From an uncultured Gammaproteobacteria bacterium (GTDB taxonomy: Bacteria; Patescibacteriota; Patescibacteriia; UBA10025; JAHIVO01), in contig CAYPXF010000001.1 of NCBI GenBank assembly GCA_964415025.1, forward strand, positions 9,390-73,389: a stretch of 64,000 nt of DNA, written 5' to 3'. Below the pieces are notes generated by a model, which did no database searches, was not told where the DNA came from, and saw nothing but the letters and a program-made list of their open reading frames with translations. Below, piece after piece: positions 20,183 through 29,715 of the stretch (the stretch's first letter is position 1; each line of letters opens with the position of its first letter). The translations under genes were made by a program, and so were the position numbers.

Positions 20183-20709
20183 TATTGGGTATTAGTTTGT
20201 ATTGGTTTAGACTGGTTACTCACCCGCTGCTGGATTTCTATTATCGCCTGGTGGACGCGTTCCGGGTTTTTCACGCCGTACAGCTCGATATTTGCCTGTT
20301 CTCCGGCCGTCTGGACAACGACGCTGCCATAGTGCAGTACTGTTTGCCAAATCCCTTTTGTGCGAAAACTGACATCCTGGATTTTCTGGTAAGTAATTTC
20401 TGATACGCGCTGATCAAAAAAACCCCGCTGATCTATATCAATAATCCGTTCATCGGTGATAATAAATATATTAAGCGAATAAAGCACCCACACCCGTAGC
20501 TCGATGAGCACACCAATAGCTAACACTACGAAAAAAATGACAATCCCCCACGCCGACCAGTGCCAGAGTGGATATAAAAAGAAAAAAGGTGCTATAATGA
20601 ATACAGTTCCAATCAGTATTGGCCAGATGAAGACTAGCGGATATTTTCGGACGATTTCTACAATACCCTCATCCGGCTTAATCATTTTTTGTAATTTACG
20701 CTCAAACAT
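20182..20709 (-). CDS. Membrane protein with a bacterial PH domain (bPH_2, YdbS/DUF304-like)
   Basis: Two N-terminal TM helices followed by ITDERIIDIDQRGFFDQRVSEITYQKIQDVSFRTKGIWQTVLHYGSVVVQTAG, which resembles the bPH_2 fold. Confidence 0.55.
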   Translation of the reverse strand: MFERKLQKMIKPDEGIVEIVRKYPLVFIWPILIGTVFIIAPFFFLYPLWHWSAWGIVIFFVVLAIGVLIELRVWVLYSLNIFIITDERIIDIDQRGFFDQRVSEITYQKIQDVSFRTKGIWQTVLHYGSVVVQTAGEQANIELYGVKNPERVHQAIIEIQQRVSNQSKPIQTNTQ

Positions 20710-20804
20710 CGCTTATGCGGAGAAAAAAAGTTGTACGAATTATTTGGATCGTAATTGTCATTATCGGCGTTATCGGCATGATCTTCTTCACCGTAATGCC
20801 GGCC

Positions 20805-22625
20805 CTAACGCTTTAGCACTGCTAGAAACGCTTCCTGGGGGATATCTACCCGTCCGTGTGAACGCATGCGTTTTTTCCCCTTTTTCTGTTTTTCCAGGAG
20901 CTTGCGCTTTCGGGTGACATCGCCGCCATACAGATTTGCCGTGACATCTTTTCGGAGCGGCGGGATTCTGCCGGACGCTATTATTTTCGCGCCAATAGCT
21001 GCCTGGATTTTCAGCTCAAACTGCTGCCGTGGCAGCGCCTCTTTTAGCGTGTCGACGATTTTTCTGGCCACGACGTACGCTTCATCAGTATAAACGATGG
21101 TCGACAGCGCCTCAACTGTTTCTTCTGCAACCAATATGTCTAGCCGCGCTACGTTACATGTGCGGTACCCGATTACTTCATAATTCATAGAAGCAAATCC
21201 AGCACTCACACTCTTCAGTGTATCATAAAAATCAACGATAATGCTAGCTAACGGCATCTCGTAGTGCAGGACGACCTTGTGCTCGTCCAAATACTCGGTG
21301 GTTCGGTATTCGCCTCGCTTTTCCTGTACCAGCGTCATAGCTTCACCGATATAATCACTCGGCGTGATAATGTCAATCCGCGCCCATGGTTCTTCGATCG
21401 ACTCAATATACGACGGTTTTGGCAGCTGGTGGGGGCTGGTGATATGCAGAGTGGCAGCCGCGCCGTGCTTTTTATCTTTGCGCTCTTGCGCCTTTTGGCC
21501 AGCTTCATTAAGCGTAACCTGATAGCCTACAGATGGCGCGGTGATAATCAGAGCCAAATCATATTCACGCTTCAGCCGTTCCTGGAAAATTTCCAAATGC
21601 AATACGCCGAGAAAACCGCACCGAAAACCAAAACCCAGCGCCTCTGACTGTTCTGGTTCATAGAAAAGGGAGGCGTCATTAAGCGAGATTTTTTCTATAG
21701 CGTCACGCAAGTCTGGATAATCATCTCCTTCTTTGCAGTACACGCCGGCAAATACCATGGGTTTGAGCGTTTTGTATCCGGACAATGGCTTCGCGGCTGT
21801 TTTTTTTGCGCTGGTTATCGTATCACCGACGCGGCAATAATTGACGTCTTTGAGACCGGTCACAACATACCCGATATCGCCAGCGCTTATCTCTTCGCTG
21901 GCAATAAGCTGTGGGTGAAAATTTCCGACCTCAAGCACATCTGTCTGCTTTTGTGTCGCCATGAATTCAATCCGCTCCTGACTCTGTAATGATCCGGACA
22001 CGACACGTACATAGGCAATAACGCCGCGATATTCATCATATACTGAATCAAAAATAAGCATACGCAGCGGGTCCTGCTCCTGACCAGCTGGCGGTTGGAC
22101 TTGTTTAATAACTGCGTCCAGGACCTCTGTGACGTGCTCTCCTGTTTTTGCCGATACGGCAATAATATCCTCACGGGCACAGCCAATAAGCGACATTATG
22201 TCCTGTGCTGTTTTATCGACGTTTGCGTTTGGTAGGTCAATTTTATTGATAACAGGAATAATGGCGAGGTCTTGGTCAAGGGCTAAGTATAAATTTGCTA
22301 ATGTCTGCGCCTCAATTCCTTGCGTTGCGTCTATGAGCAATACCGCCCCCTCAACTGCGGCGAGCGAACGAGACACTTCGTATGAAAAATCCACGTGGCC
22401 CGGCGTGTCAATAAGGTTGAGCTCATAATCCCTGTACCTCATCTTAACCGGCTGAAGCTTGATAGTTATGCCTCGTTCGCGCTCGAGCTCCATCTGATCG
22501 AGTACCTGCTCCTTCATCGAGCGTTTAGCTACTGTTTTCGTTACTTCAATAAACCGGTCGGCCAATGTCGACTTTCCGTGGTCAATATGCGCAATAATAC
22601 AAAAATTTCTAATATGATTATCCAT
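20805..22625 (-). CDS. lepA: Elongation factor 4 (translational GTPase LepA)
   Basis: N-terminus NFCIIAHIDHGKSTLADR is the G1 motif. 606 aa with the EF4-specific C-terminal domain. Confidence 0.95.
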   Translation of the reverse strand: MDNHIRNFCIIAHIDHGKSTLADRFIEVTKTVAKRSMKEQVLDQMELERERGITIKLQPVKMRYRDYELNLIDTPGHVDFSYEVSRSLAAVEGAVLLIDATQGIEAQTLANLYLALDQDLAIIPVINKIDLPNANVDKTAQDIMSLIGCAREDIIAVSAKTGEHVTEVLDAVIKQVQPPAGQEQDPLRMLIFDSVYDEYRGVIAYVRVVSGSLQSQERIEFMATQKQTDVLEVGNFHPQLIASEEISAGDIGYVVTGLKDVNYCRVGDTITSAKKTAAKPLSGYKTLKPMVFAGVYCKEGDDYPDLRDAIEKISLNDASLFYEPEQSEALGFGFRCGFLGVLHLEIFQERLKREYDLALIITAPSVGYQVTLNEAGQKAQERKDKKHGAAATLHITSPHQLPKPSYIESIEEPWARIDIITPSDYIGEAMTLVQEKRGEYRTTEYLDEHKVVLHYEMPLASIIVDFYDTLKSVSAGFASMNYEVIGYRTCNVARLDILVAEETVEALSTIVYTDEAYVVARKIVDTLKEALPRQQFELKIQAAIGAKIIASGRIPPLRKDVTANLYGGDVTRKRKLLEKQKKGKKRMRSHGRVDIPQEAFLAVLKR

Positions 22626-22655
22626 AGGTAAAAATATTGATCAGTCTGGGTCTTG

Positions 22656-22752
22656 CCCCGTAAATAGCGAGCAAAGCGAGCTGTTGTACGGGGTGGTCAA
22701 TATGCGCAATAACTTGTCCCGTACAAGCGAACTCGGAGCGCTTGTATACGGG
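22656..22752. repeat. Two small palindromic elements with CCCGTA...TACGGG termini (22656-22694 and 22718-22752), embedded in a duplicated copy of the lepA 5' end
   Basis: The sequence gtggtcaatatgcgcaataa[insert]tacaaaaatttctaatatgattatccat appears at 22578-22626 without an insert (the true lepA start) and at 22692-22783 with a 41-bp hairpin insert. Confidence 0.6.
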
Positions 22753-22791
22753 ATACAAAAATTTCTAATATGATTATCCATGGTAGCGGTG

Positions 22792-24417
22792 TTAATTAAA
22801 ATGGTTATGATGTGTGAACAATAGCCGTCGAGCCTTTAGTACCCATTTATAGATTATAGAAACTTCATCGCAACGGAATATCAAAGCCAGTATAAGGTAA
22901 CAAATAATACCTACTGCCCCGGCGACCGTCCCCTGGATGAGGATACCGACAAAGCTTTGCATGTTCACGCCAAGCGCTAAAAAGTATTTTGCCGCTATGA
23001 CAACAGCTCCCATGATACCAGATACGAGGACTATCTTAGCGGTTGATATGACAATCTTCCGGTCATCCAGGTATCCTATTTTTTTGCGTAAGAATACCAG
23101 CAGCAAACTCATGTTAAACAAACTAGAAATGGAAAATGCCAAGGCCAGGCCAGTCACGCCGATCAATCGCGAAAAAATAACAGCACCGGCTACATTAATA
23201 AGCACGCTGCCGATAGCGATTTTTACCGGCGTCTTAGTATCGTGCCACGCATAAAACGAGCGCGCGAGCAACGGTATGACGCTTTGGGCAAACAGCGATA
23301 TAGAAAACATACCGAGTGTTTGTGCGGTTAAAAATGTATCCTCCCAGTCAAATGCGCCGGTACCCAGGATTACACGCACGATTTGCGCACGTAACAGCAG
23401 GATAAGGACAGAAACAGGTATGATAATAAATAATATTCGGCGGAAGCTTTTCGAAAAATGCGCAATAAACGCCTCGGTGCGTTTAGACGCATATGCCTCG
23501 CTTAAAAAAGGAAATGACGCTACTGCCACTGACACACCAAACACACTGATAGGAAAACTCTGCAAATTATTTGCTAGTGTAAAAACAGCGACCGACCCGG
23601 CAGCCAGCGTCGAACCGATGATGACGCTGATTAGCTGGTCAATCTGGTTTACCGCCAAACCAAATGTCCGTGGCAACATCAATCTGCCAATAGTTCGAAC
23701 CCCCTCGTGCTTATAATCGCGCACCGGGCGGTAACAATACCCTAAACGTATGACACCTGGCAGCTGTATGACTAAGTGAAACAATGAACCCAACACTACG
23801 CCATAGGCCAATCCATAAAGACCAAAAAATGGCACCAACAGTACAATTCCGATAATAATGCCGACATTATACACTACTGGCGCGAAAGCGAAGTTAATAT
23901 ACCGCTTAAACGAATTCAGGATGCTGGTCATGATATTACTAATACCGAAGAACAAGATACTGATCATCATAATTCTAGTCATGGTTATGGTCACTGCTTG
24001 TTTTTCCGCGGAAAAACCAGGCGCGATAAGCGGTACAATTACCGGAGCAAAAATAAAAAACACAATACCAAATAAAACCAGTCCAATCATCAGCAGATTG
24101 AGCATACTGTTGGCCAAATACCACACGTCATTCTTTTTCGATGGATCTTGCTTTGCTTTTTGTATGTATTCTATAAATACCGGAATAAATGCGGCTGATA
24201 AGGCGCCCAAAACCAACACGTTAAATACCAAATCCGGTATACGAAAGGCTGCGTAATATATATCCAGCTCATCACCCGCGCCAAATCGGTATGCCAGCAA
24301 GCGATCACGCATTAATCCAAGCAAACGGCTCGTCACAGAAGCCGCGGCTATAATAATTGCACCACCGGTTAAGGTGGTGGTGAGTTTTGACCATACTTTT
24401 CGCCACATAATGCGCAT
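22792..24417 (-). CDS. murJ: Lipid II flippase MurJ (MviN)
   Basis: 541 aa with 14 TM segments. The N-terminal region LAYRFGAGDELDIYYAAFRIPDLVFNVLVLGALSAAFIPVF is characteristic of MurJ. Confidence 0.9.
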   Translation of the reverse strand: MRIMWRKVWSKLTTTLTGGAIIIAAASVTSRLLGLMRDRLLAYRFGAGDELDIYYAAFRIPDLVFNVLVLGALSAAFIPVFIEYIQKAKQDPSKKNDVWYLANSMLNLLMIGLVLFGIVFFIFAPVIVPLIAPGFSAEKQAVTITMTRIMMISILFFGISNIMTSILNSFKRYINFAFAPVVYNVGIIIGIVLLVPFFGLYGLAYGVVLGSLFHLVIQLPGVIRLGYCYRPVRDYKHEGVRTIGRLMLPRTFGLAVNQIDQLISVIIGSTLAAGSVAVFTLANNLQSFPISVFGVSVAVASFPFLSEAYASKRTEAFIAHFSKSFRRILFIIIPVSVLILLLRAQIVRVILGTGAFDWEDTFLTAQTLGMFSISLFAQSVIPLLARSFYAWHDTKTPVKIAIGSVLINVAGAVIFSRLIGVTGLALAFSISSLFNMSLLLVFLRKKIGYLDDRKIVISTAKIVLVSGIMGAVVIAAKYFLALGVNMQSFVGILIQGTVAGAVGIICYLILALIFRCDEVSIIYKWVLKARRLLFTHHNHFN

Positions 24418-24844
24418 AGTATAACAACTTATGCTACTTTTAGCAACCCTTTATAAATAATAATGTGCGTCGTAAAACGGCACACATAGTGTGCCACTCT
24501 GTTGCATGGCGAAGAGTCCCGAAAAAAACCGCGAGACCTCCTCCTCACAAAACCTCCCCTCCTGTTTCTGCTGCAACCTCCCCTCCGGAATACCCGTGCT
24601 CTATATAACCCATAAACGCTCTTCCCCTCCTCATACGAGGATGGACCACGAGAGGCAGCGCTTTAGTAATCCCCGCAGAGTGGGTAGGTGAGAAACAGGA
24701 GGAGAGGTGGTATCAAATAATGCCGATCCTTGACTTAATATAAGGCAAGGCATACCTCTATTTTGCGTAAAGCTTCGCCTTCGGCCGTGAGCTCGAGCCG
24801 GACGGAAAACTGCTATTCATAAAAAAGGGGGTTTCCGAAGTACT

Positions 24845-24981
24845 AAAAAAGCTGCCGGCTAGAGACGAAGGGTTATACAAGCTAGTTAAGTAAACGACGT
24901 TCTCTGGCGAGAACGCGAGGAGAGAGATTTGTCTACTCCCCTAGCTTGATCTCCGCCACTGTCTTAGCCAGCAGCTTTTTT
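24845..24981. ncRNA. Candidate structured small RNA. It could be 6S-like, another regulatory sRNA, or a large bidirectional terminator-like hairpin.
   Basis: A 23-bp helix (24845-24867 with 24958-24981, including G-U pairs), then a 10/11-nt internal bubble, an 8-bp helix (caagctag/ctagcttg) and an apical 7-bp hairpin cgttctc-tggc-gagaacg. It is flanked by A6 and T6. No ORF lies within 400 bp. Confidence 0.3.
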
Positions 24982-25299
24982 ATGCCCATAGCTGATGAGC
25001 ACAGCGTATTGTAAATAATATTTTATTATTTGTCAATACATGACACCATTAGAAAAATGTGAGGAGGTTGACGGTTTATGAACCAAGCAACTTTCTTGCT
25101 ATTTACTGCACAATGGTGACATAATTTGGGCATATGTACAGCATACCGCCCGATTCAGGAATACTTAATTGCGTACTAACAGCGACCAACAACAGCACGG
25201 CTGCAATTGACATACATCCATAGAAAAAATGAAAATGCGGTATAATTTATAATGTACTGTCTCTCTCTTTTTCAAACACGAATAGTCTTCTTGTCTGGA

Positions 25300-25342
25300 A
25301 AAGAGAGGCGAGCTGTGGATCGAACACAGTCTCGCCTATGAC
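25300..25342 (-). terminator. Rho-independent terminator of the lipoprotein gene
   Basis: Minus-strand hairpin GGCGAGACUGUG-UUCGAUC-CACAG(U)CUCGCC followed by UCUCUUUUCC. Confidence 0.6.
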
Positions 25343-25357
25343 AATCAAATATTAATC

Positions 25358-25888
25358 CTATTTCCAATGGCCAAACTGCTTGCCGATATAGGTATAATAC
25401 CTAATAACATTCGGCTCGACAGTCCATACGGCCTTGTGTAAATCAGCAGTCTTGCCGATTTCATTGAGCATCTGGCGTGGAAATTGGTAATAATAGTCCA
25501 ATCTCACCCATGTATCCACCGGTACCATATCTCCGTCATAAATCGGCTCATATGATTCAGTAACCGGCAATAAATTGCCTGACTGGCGGGGTAAAATGAT
25601 TACCCGTGCCCAACGGTTAATGCCAAAAAATGCATAACCGTATGTTGAATCTGATCCGGTATAAAATACCTGGAGCTTATCCCCACCAGCCATGCTTGTG
25701 TCTGCATATTCGAACCACTGAAGTGTCCGATATGTAGTTTCGGGTACATCCGTTTCGATAGTATCCGCATCGGTCAGTACCGGTACTACTGTTTCTGGTT
25801 GTGCGGGGGTAGCTTTTTCAACGACTTCATCGCCGCCGCACCCAGCAAATACTAGACAAACAATGAATAATACAACAAATAATCTCAT
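25358..25888 (-). CDS. Lipoprotein of unknown function
   Basis: Signal peptide ending in a lipobox, LVFAGCGGD. The mature protein is 176 aa. Confidence 0.6.
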   Translation of the reverse strand: MRLFVVLFIVCLVFAGCGGDEVVEKATPAQPETVVPVLTDADTIETDVPETTYRTLQWFEYADTSMAGGDKLQVFYTGSDSTYGYAFFGINRWARVIILPRQSGNLLPVTESYEPIYDGDMVPVDTWVRLDYYYQFPRQMLNEIGKTADLHKAVWTVEPNVIRYYTYIGKQFGHWK

Positions 25889-25959
25889 GACGTACTCCTT
25901 TGTACATAGGATTTATTGATTGTAATGTGCTTCTTTTTTCAGAAAATAATACTGCTTAT

Positions 25960-26040
25960 TTCCTGGAAAAAGAGGGGGAAGGTTATTTTAACAATATCAT
26001 GTATGACATAATATTGTTAATCATATAACCTTCCCAGAGT
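25960..26040 (-). terminator. Long hairpin plus U-tract terminator downstream of the 159-aa membrane protein gene
   Basis: 21-bp near-perfect inverted repeat ggaaggttattttaacaatat / atattgttaa(tcat)ataaccttcc, followed on the minus strand by CCCCUCUUUUUCC. Confidence 0.55.
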
Positions 26041-26053
26041 AATAGTTGAATAC

Positions 26054-26533
26054 CTACATAAACCATGGCGCGGCAAAGATTATAATACTCACAATCCAAG
26101 CCACACCGGCTATAGCGTAAACACCGATTGCCAGCGGCATACCGACGCGAAATCCGTAGCAAGCGAGCCACGATCCTCCCAGTGTGCATGCAATTGTCCC
26201 GGCGATTACAGTGAAGATAAACATTACAAAGCGGCGAGCGATTTCAATGCTTAGAAATGAGTCAGGGTTTAACGCCGAACTCATTCCTATCCATTCAGAC
26301 GGAGGTGGTAAGAGAAAGTGAGCCATGAGAAAGAAAGAAGCGACTCCCATGGCTGCCTTCCAGTCCTCATCCCAGTCCTCCCAGCTGGATTTCCACCAGT
26401 TGCTGGTGTATAGCAAGGTAAAAAATCCTACTCCGATCGGCGCATAAAAAACAAAAGAGTTTTCTATCATTGCGCCTATGGTGCTGACACCGATCGTGGT
26501 CAGCACAACAATAAGTCTGGCTATCTTTGACAT
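26054..26533 (-). CDS. Integral membrane protein of unknown function
   Basis: 159 aa with 4 hydrophobic helices and a Trp/Asp-rich loop (WWKSSWEDWDEDWK). Confidence 0.5.
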   Translation of the reverse strand: MSKIARLIVVLTTIGVSTIGAMIENSFVFYAPIGVGFFTLLYTSNWWKSSWEDWDEDWKAAMGVASFFLMAHFLLPPPSEWIGMSSALNPDSFLSIEIARRFVMFIFTVIAGTIACTLGGSWLACYGFRVGMPLAIGVYAIAGVAWIVSIIIFAAPWFM

Positions 26534-26838
26534 TTTGTCTCCTTTATCTTGTAAAGATCATTATTTGCCTATCACCGGTATGAAGGCGAGATAACCTGCC
26601 TTAGTCCTATGCTACATAGCACGGCAGATTCAGCAGTGCTACCGCATCATGCGCAGTATATACCGCGCATGTGCCGCATATCACGGCCGCTCCTCTCTCC
26701 CCCATGTCCAGTGACAGCTAACTCCTTACGCAGCAGTTGACCGGATAACCAGTCCACCGCTGTGGAAGGGGGCAAAAAGAATGATTCTTTTTGCCTGGAG
26801 GATGATTGGTGTGTAAAGTGCGGATAACGGGTAAAATT

Positions 26839-26882
26839 TGGTGAGAGGCGAAAGGAGTTGAACCTTCCGCGGCCTTATTATT
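26839..26882 (-). ncRNA. tRNA-like 3' terminus (T-arm + 7-nt acceptor strand + ACCA), possibly the 3' end of a tmRNA (ssrA)
   Basis: The minus strand reads GGAAGG-UUCAACU-CCUUUC-GCCUCUC-A-CCA. The T-loop UUCAACU is identical to that of the E. coli tmRNA T-arm, and the surrounding CGCGG...UUCAACUCC...ACCA resembles the E. coli ssrA 3' end. There are no ORFs in the surrounding 830 bp. A TTGACA -35 box lies on the minus strand at 27321-27326, about 480 nt upstream. Confidence 0.3.
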
Positions 26883-27367
26883 TCAGCCGGCGCACTCCCT
26901 CGCAGCACAGCCACTCGCGAAAGCACATCCCTGCCCTCTCAATATTTCCAATGACCAGGAGGTTAGTGGCCGGCCTTTGCTGCATAGCAGCGGCCGTGCC
27001 AGACGTCTGAACCGATATGTTCTAGTTCGCACCAGAACATAACAAGTTCATAATGACATCTGTTACTAATCCCCCCTTATCACTGGAAATATTGTATCCT
27101 GCATACAAAAAACGAGCACTCTATGGGGAGACTCGTTTTTTGCTTGAATTATTGGTTGTTCGGTACCATACTATACCGCGCATACGCACAATGCACTATT
27201 GTATTCACGCGCTTTACAATTTGGGTCTCTCTCCCCATTTGTTCCCCGGCGCATCGGAGAACTATATATTTGATTGTAAAAAACAGTGTAACAGATAAGC
27301 ATATACCCAAACCAAAAAACTGTCAAGGCCAGCTATCCACAGCCTGACTTTATTTACCTAATATTAG

Positions 27368-29689
27368 CTATTTCTGGAGCAATATTTTATAATTAACATC
27401 CTGTACAATATCCCTTACCAGCTCCACAACATGTCCTCGTGAGTGCATGCCTGGCTGCATCCACACCAGCTCATGCTCATCATCATATGCCACCGTACTG
27501 GCTAAACTATTATTAACCATGCCTGGCTGCTGCTGAACATAGAGTGAATACACATCAGTAGGATTAAGCCAGCCGCCTAGGTCCAGGGCAAACGGCAAAC
27601 GATAGGTAAATGTCATCTCACCGACCTCGCCGGGATCAATCGACAGCCAGTTGCCGAATACTGTTTTATTAAACTCGGTGGTAATCCGTGTGTGCGAACG
27701 CTCGTCTACGATAGGTTCTGATACGATCTGTTCTAAACCAGGGTCTGGCCTGGCGTCGTCATCAGGCAGTCTATATCGGAATGAAGGAATATCTGTCTGC
27801 CCTGAAACCGACACCAGTTCACTGCCGGCTGGCACATAGAGCCTGATATAGGCGACGTTTGCCTGTCCTTCCCATGTGTCGAGCGCATTGCCGGTATGAC
27901 GTCTGATAATCGAAACTGTATTTATGATTGAGCCGTCAGCCTGTATGTCAGCGCGGTGCTTTACCAGCTGTTCAATAGCCGTGTCAGTCTTGCCGCCGGC
28001 AATATTCGTGACAACTGGCATGAGATAGTCGCCGTCAGTATGAACTAATGAACCGTCTCCGACCAGCTGCCGCATAGCTTCCTGTGCCTGTTCGTCAGTA
28101 AAATACATCATAATATCACGCCGCTGCATACTGGCATACAGCGCGTCGATCATGCCGATAATGTGCTGCGGATCAGCGCTAAATATGTTTTGCATGAGCA
28201 GCGGCATAAGGTCTGAGATAAACTGTTTTGGTTTGTTTTCTTCACGGTCATAGCCTATTTCAGCCCAGTACTGCGCCTGGTAGACGAAGTTTTCTTCAGT
28301 AACCGTAACATCGTAATCAGGCATGGATATGGGTCCGACTATTTCTAATAAATGCTCTACCACCGTCGGCGTCATAGACACCACCCCATCGACTGTGGTG
28401 CGTCCGGCCCGTTCATAAAACCACATTAATTTCTGTGCGCTGGTCGGAAAATCGGGAAACCAATTGCTATCCTGGATATTCCAGTGCGGATTAACCAGCC
28501 AAAGCGGTTTCGGAGCGATAATCTTATCATTCAGCTGGCCGGCAATGTCGTACACGCCACCGCCGGGTACCTCGATATTTTTTATGATACCCTCATCAAT
28601 ATCGAGTAAGGCGATGGATCCGATAAATCCGCCTGTCGGACGCAGTTCCCGATTGTTTTGAAAAATAAACAAATAACGCTGCGGCGATTCATGCCCGAGC
28701 ACGGTTAGTAATACGTCACTAAATGATATAAACGACCCAAAGCCCTGCTCAAGCACGGGTAAGAGCTCCTGAATACCAGCGATTTGATCACGATGTGACG
28801 CTGGTATATCTTCTATACGGACAGAGGCTAACTTATCAGCTGCCTGCTGTATATGCTGATGCGCTGGCTGTAAATCATCGCGCATCACTATCAAATACTG
28901 TGTCAGAGATGAGGCGCTAGGACTATTAACCACTTGATTGCTGCTTATTTCCTTACTCTGCTCAATCCCCCTAGCAATAAGCGATCCGGCCTGGGCAATA
29001 TGCCGCCCTGCTTCGAGTAACTGATCCGCTGATCGAACCTGTCCAGGTATAAGCGCGGTCACATCGGTAATTATCCCGCCGGCGGTATCGAGCTCAAGCT
29101 GTGCCTGGATAAAATTATCAGAGGCTCGATCAAACGACGCGCCGGCCTGGCCAAAATCAGCGCCAATAATATAATCGCCCGCCTGCTGTAAATTTTCATA
29201 AGCTTGCGACGACACCCCCAGCACTTCCCCTTTGGCCGATTGGGCGCGGTAGTAAAAAGCCAGCGCATAAAACGGCATGATGAGCAGAAGACACGAGGTC
29301 ACAAAAACAACCATCTTTTTTTGCCATCCTTTTGTCAGCGTAAAAATGCTCCAGTTAATTTTTTCCCGTGGCGGCGTCTCAATAAGCCCGGCAGGCCTGT
29401 GTTTAATTTTTTTTGTTTTTGGCTGCTTGGTACGAATCGGCTGGTAGCTTTTGTTTTCTGATACCAGCACGGTCTCGCGTGATTCCCGTGAATAAAACTT
29501 TGATTTTTGTCGCTGTTTGCGCCAATTTTGCCAGGTGCTTGCAATACGCTGCCAAAACGATACCCGCTGGGTAATGCTTTGCTTTTCAGGTACTATAGCC
29601 GCCTTTTTTTTCCGCAAATCAATAACATTTTCCTGCGGTATTCGGCTGGAATCATGGTGCTGCCTGTTAGAGCGTGGATTATATATCAT
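27368..29689 (-). CDS. Large membrane-anchored extracytoplasmic protein, DUF4012-like
   Basis: 773 aa. It has a ~120-aa K/R/Q-rich N-terminal tail, one TM helix, then a large domain containing the RPTGGFIGS motif that I associate with DUF4012. It sits beside the second glycosyltransferase locus. Confidence 0.45.
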   Translation of the reverse strand: MIYNPRSNRQHHDSSRIPQENVIDLRKKKAAIVPEKQSITQRVSFWQRIASTWQNWRKQRQKSKFYSRESRETVLVSENKSYQPIRTKQPKTKKIKHRPAGLIETPPREKINWSIFTLTKGWQKKMVVFVTSCLLLIMPFYALAFYYRAQSAKGEVLGVSSQAYENLQQAGDYIIGADFGQAGASFDRASDNFIQAQLELDTAGGIITDVTALIPGQVRSADQLLEAGRHIAQAGSLIARGIEQSKEISSNQVVNSPSASSLTQYLIVMRDDLQPAHQHIQQAADKLASVRIEDIPASHRDQIAGIQELLPVLEQGFGSFISFSDVLLTVLGHESPQRYLFIFQNNRELRPTGGFIGSIALLDIDEGIIKNIEVPGGGVYDIAGQLNDKIIAPKPLWLVNPHWNIQDSNWFPDFPTSAQKLMWFYERAGRTTVDGVVSMTPTVVEHLLEIVGPISMPDYDVTVTEENFVYQAQYWAEIGYDREENKPKQFISDLMPLLMQNIFSADPQHIIGMIDALYASMQRRDIMMYFTDEQAQEAMRQLVGDGSLVHTDGDYLMPVVTNIAGGKTDTAIEQLVKHRADIQADGSIINTVSIIRRHTGNALDTWEGQANVAYIRLYVPAGSELVSVSGQTDIPSFRYRLPDDDARPDPGLEQIVSEPIVDERSHTRITTEFNKTVFGNWLSIDPGEVGEMTFTYRLPFALDLGGWLNPTDVYSLYVQQQPGMVNNSLASTVAYDDEHELVWMQPGMHSRGHVVELVRDIVQDVNYKILLQK

Positions 29690-29715
29690 AGTGTTATAAT
29701 ACTATAGTATACCAA

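Noticed and set aside
25311-25340. Minus-strand hairpin with a UUCGAUC loop resembling a tRNA T-arm, considered as a tmRNA 3' end
   Set aside because: It is a self-contained hairpin followed by a U-tract, immediately 3' of the lipoprotein gene, so it is an ordinary intrinsic terminator.
27108-27145. AAAAAACGAG-N15-CTCGTTTTTT hairpin as a bidirectional terminator
   Set aside because: It has only four G/C pairs and a 15-nt loop, so it is weak. It lies inside the candidate tmRNA locus and is better left uninterpreted until that region is modelled.
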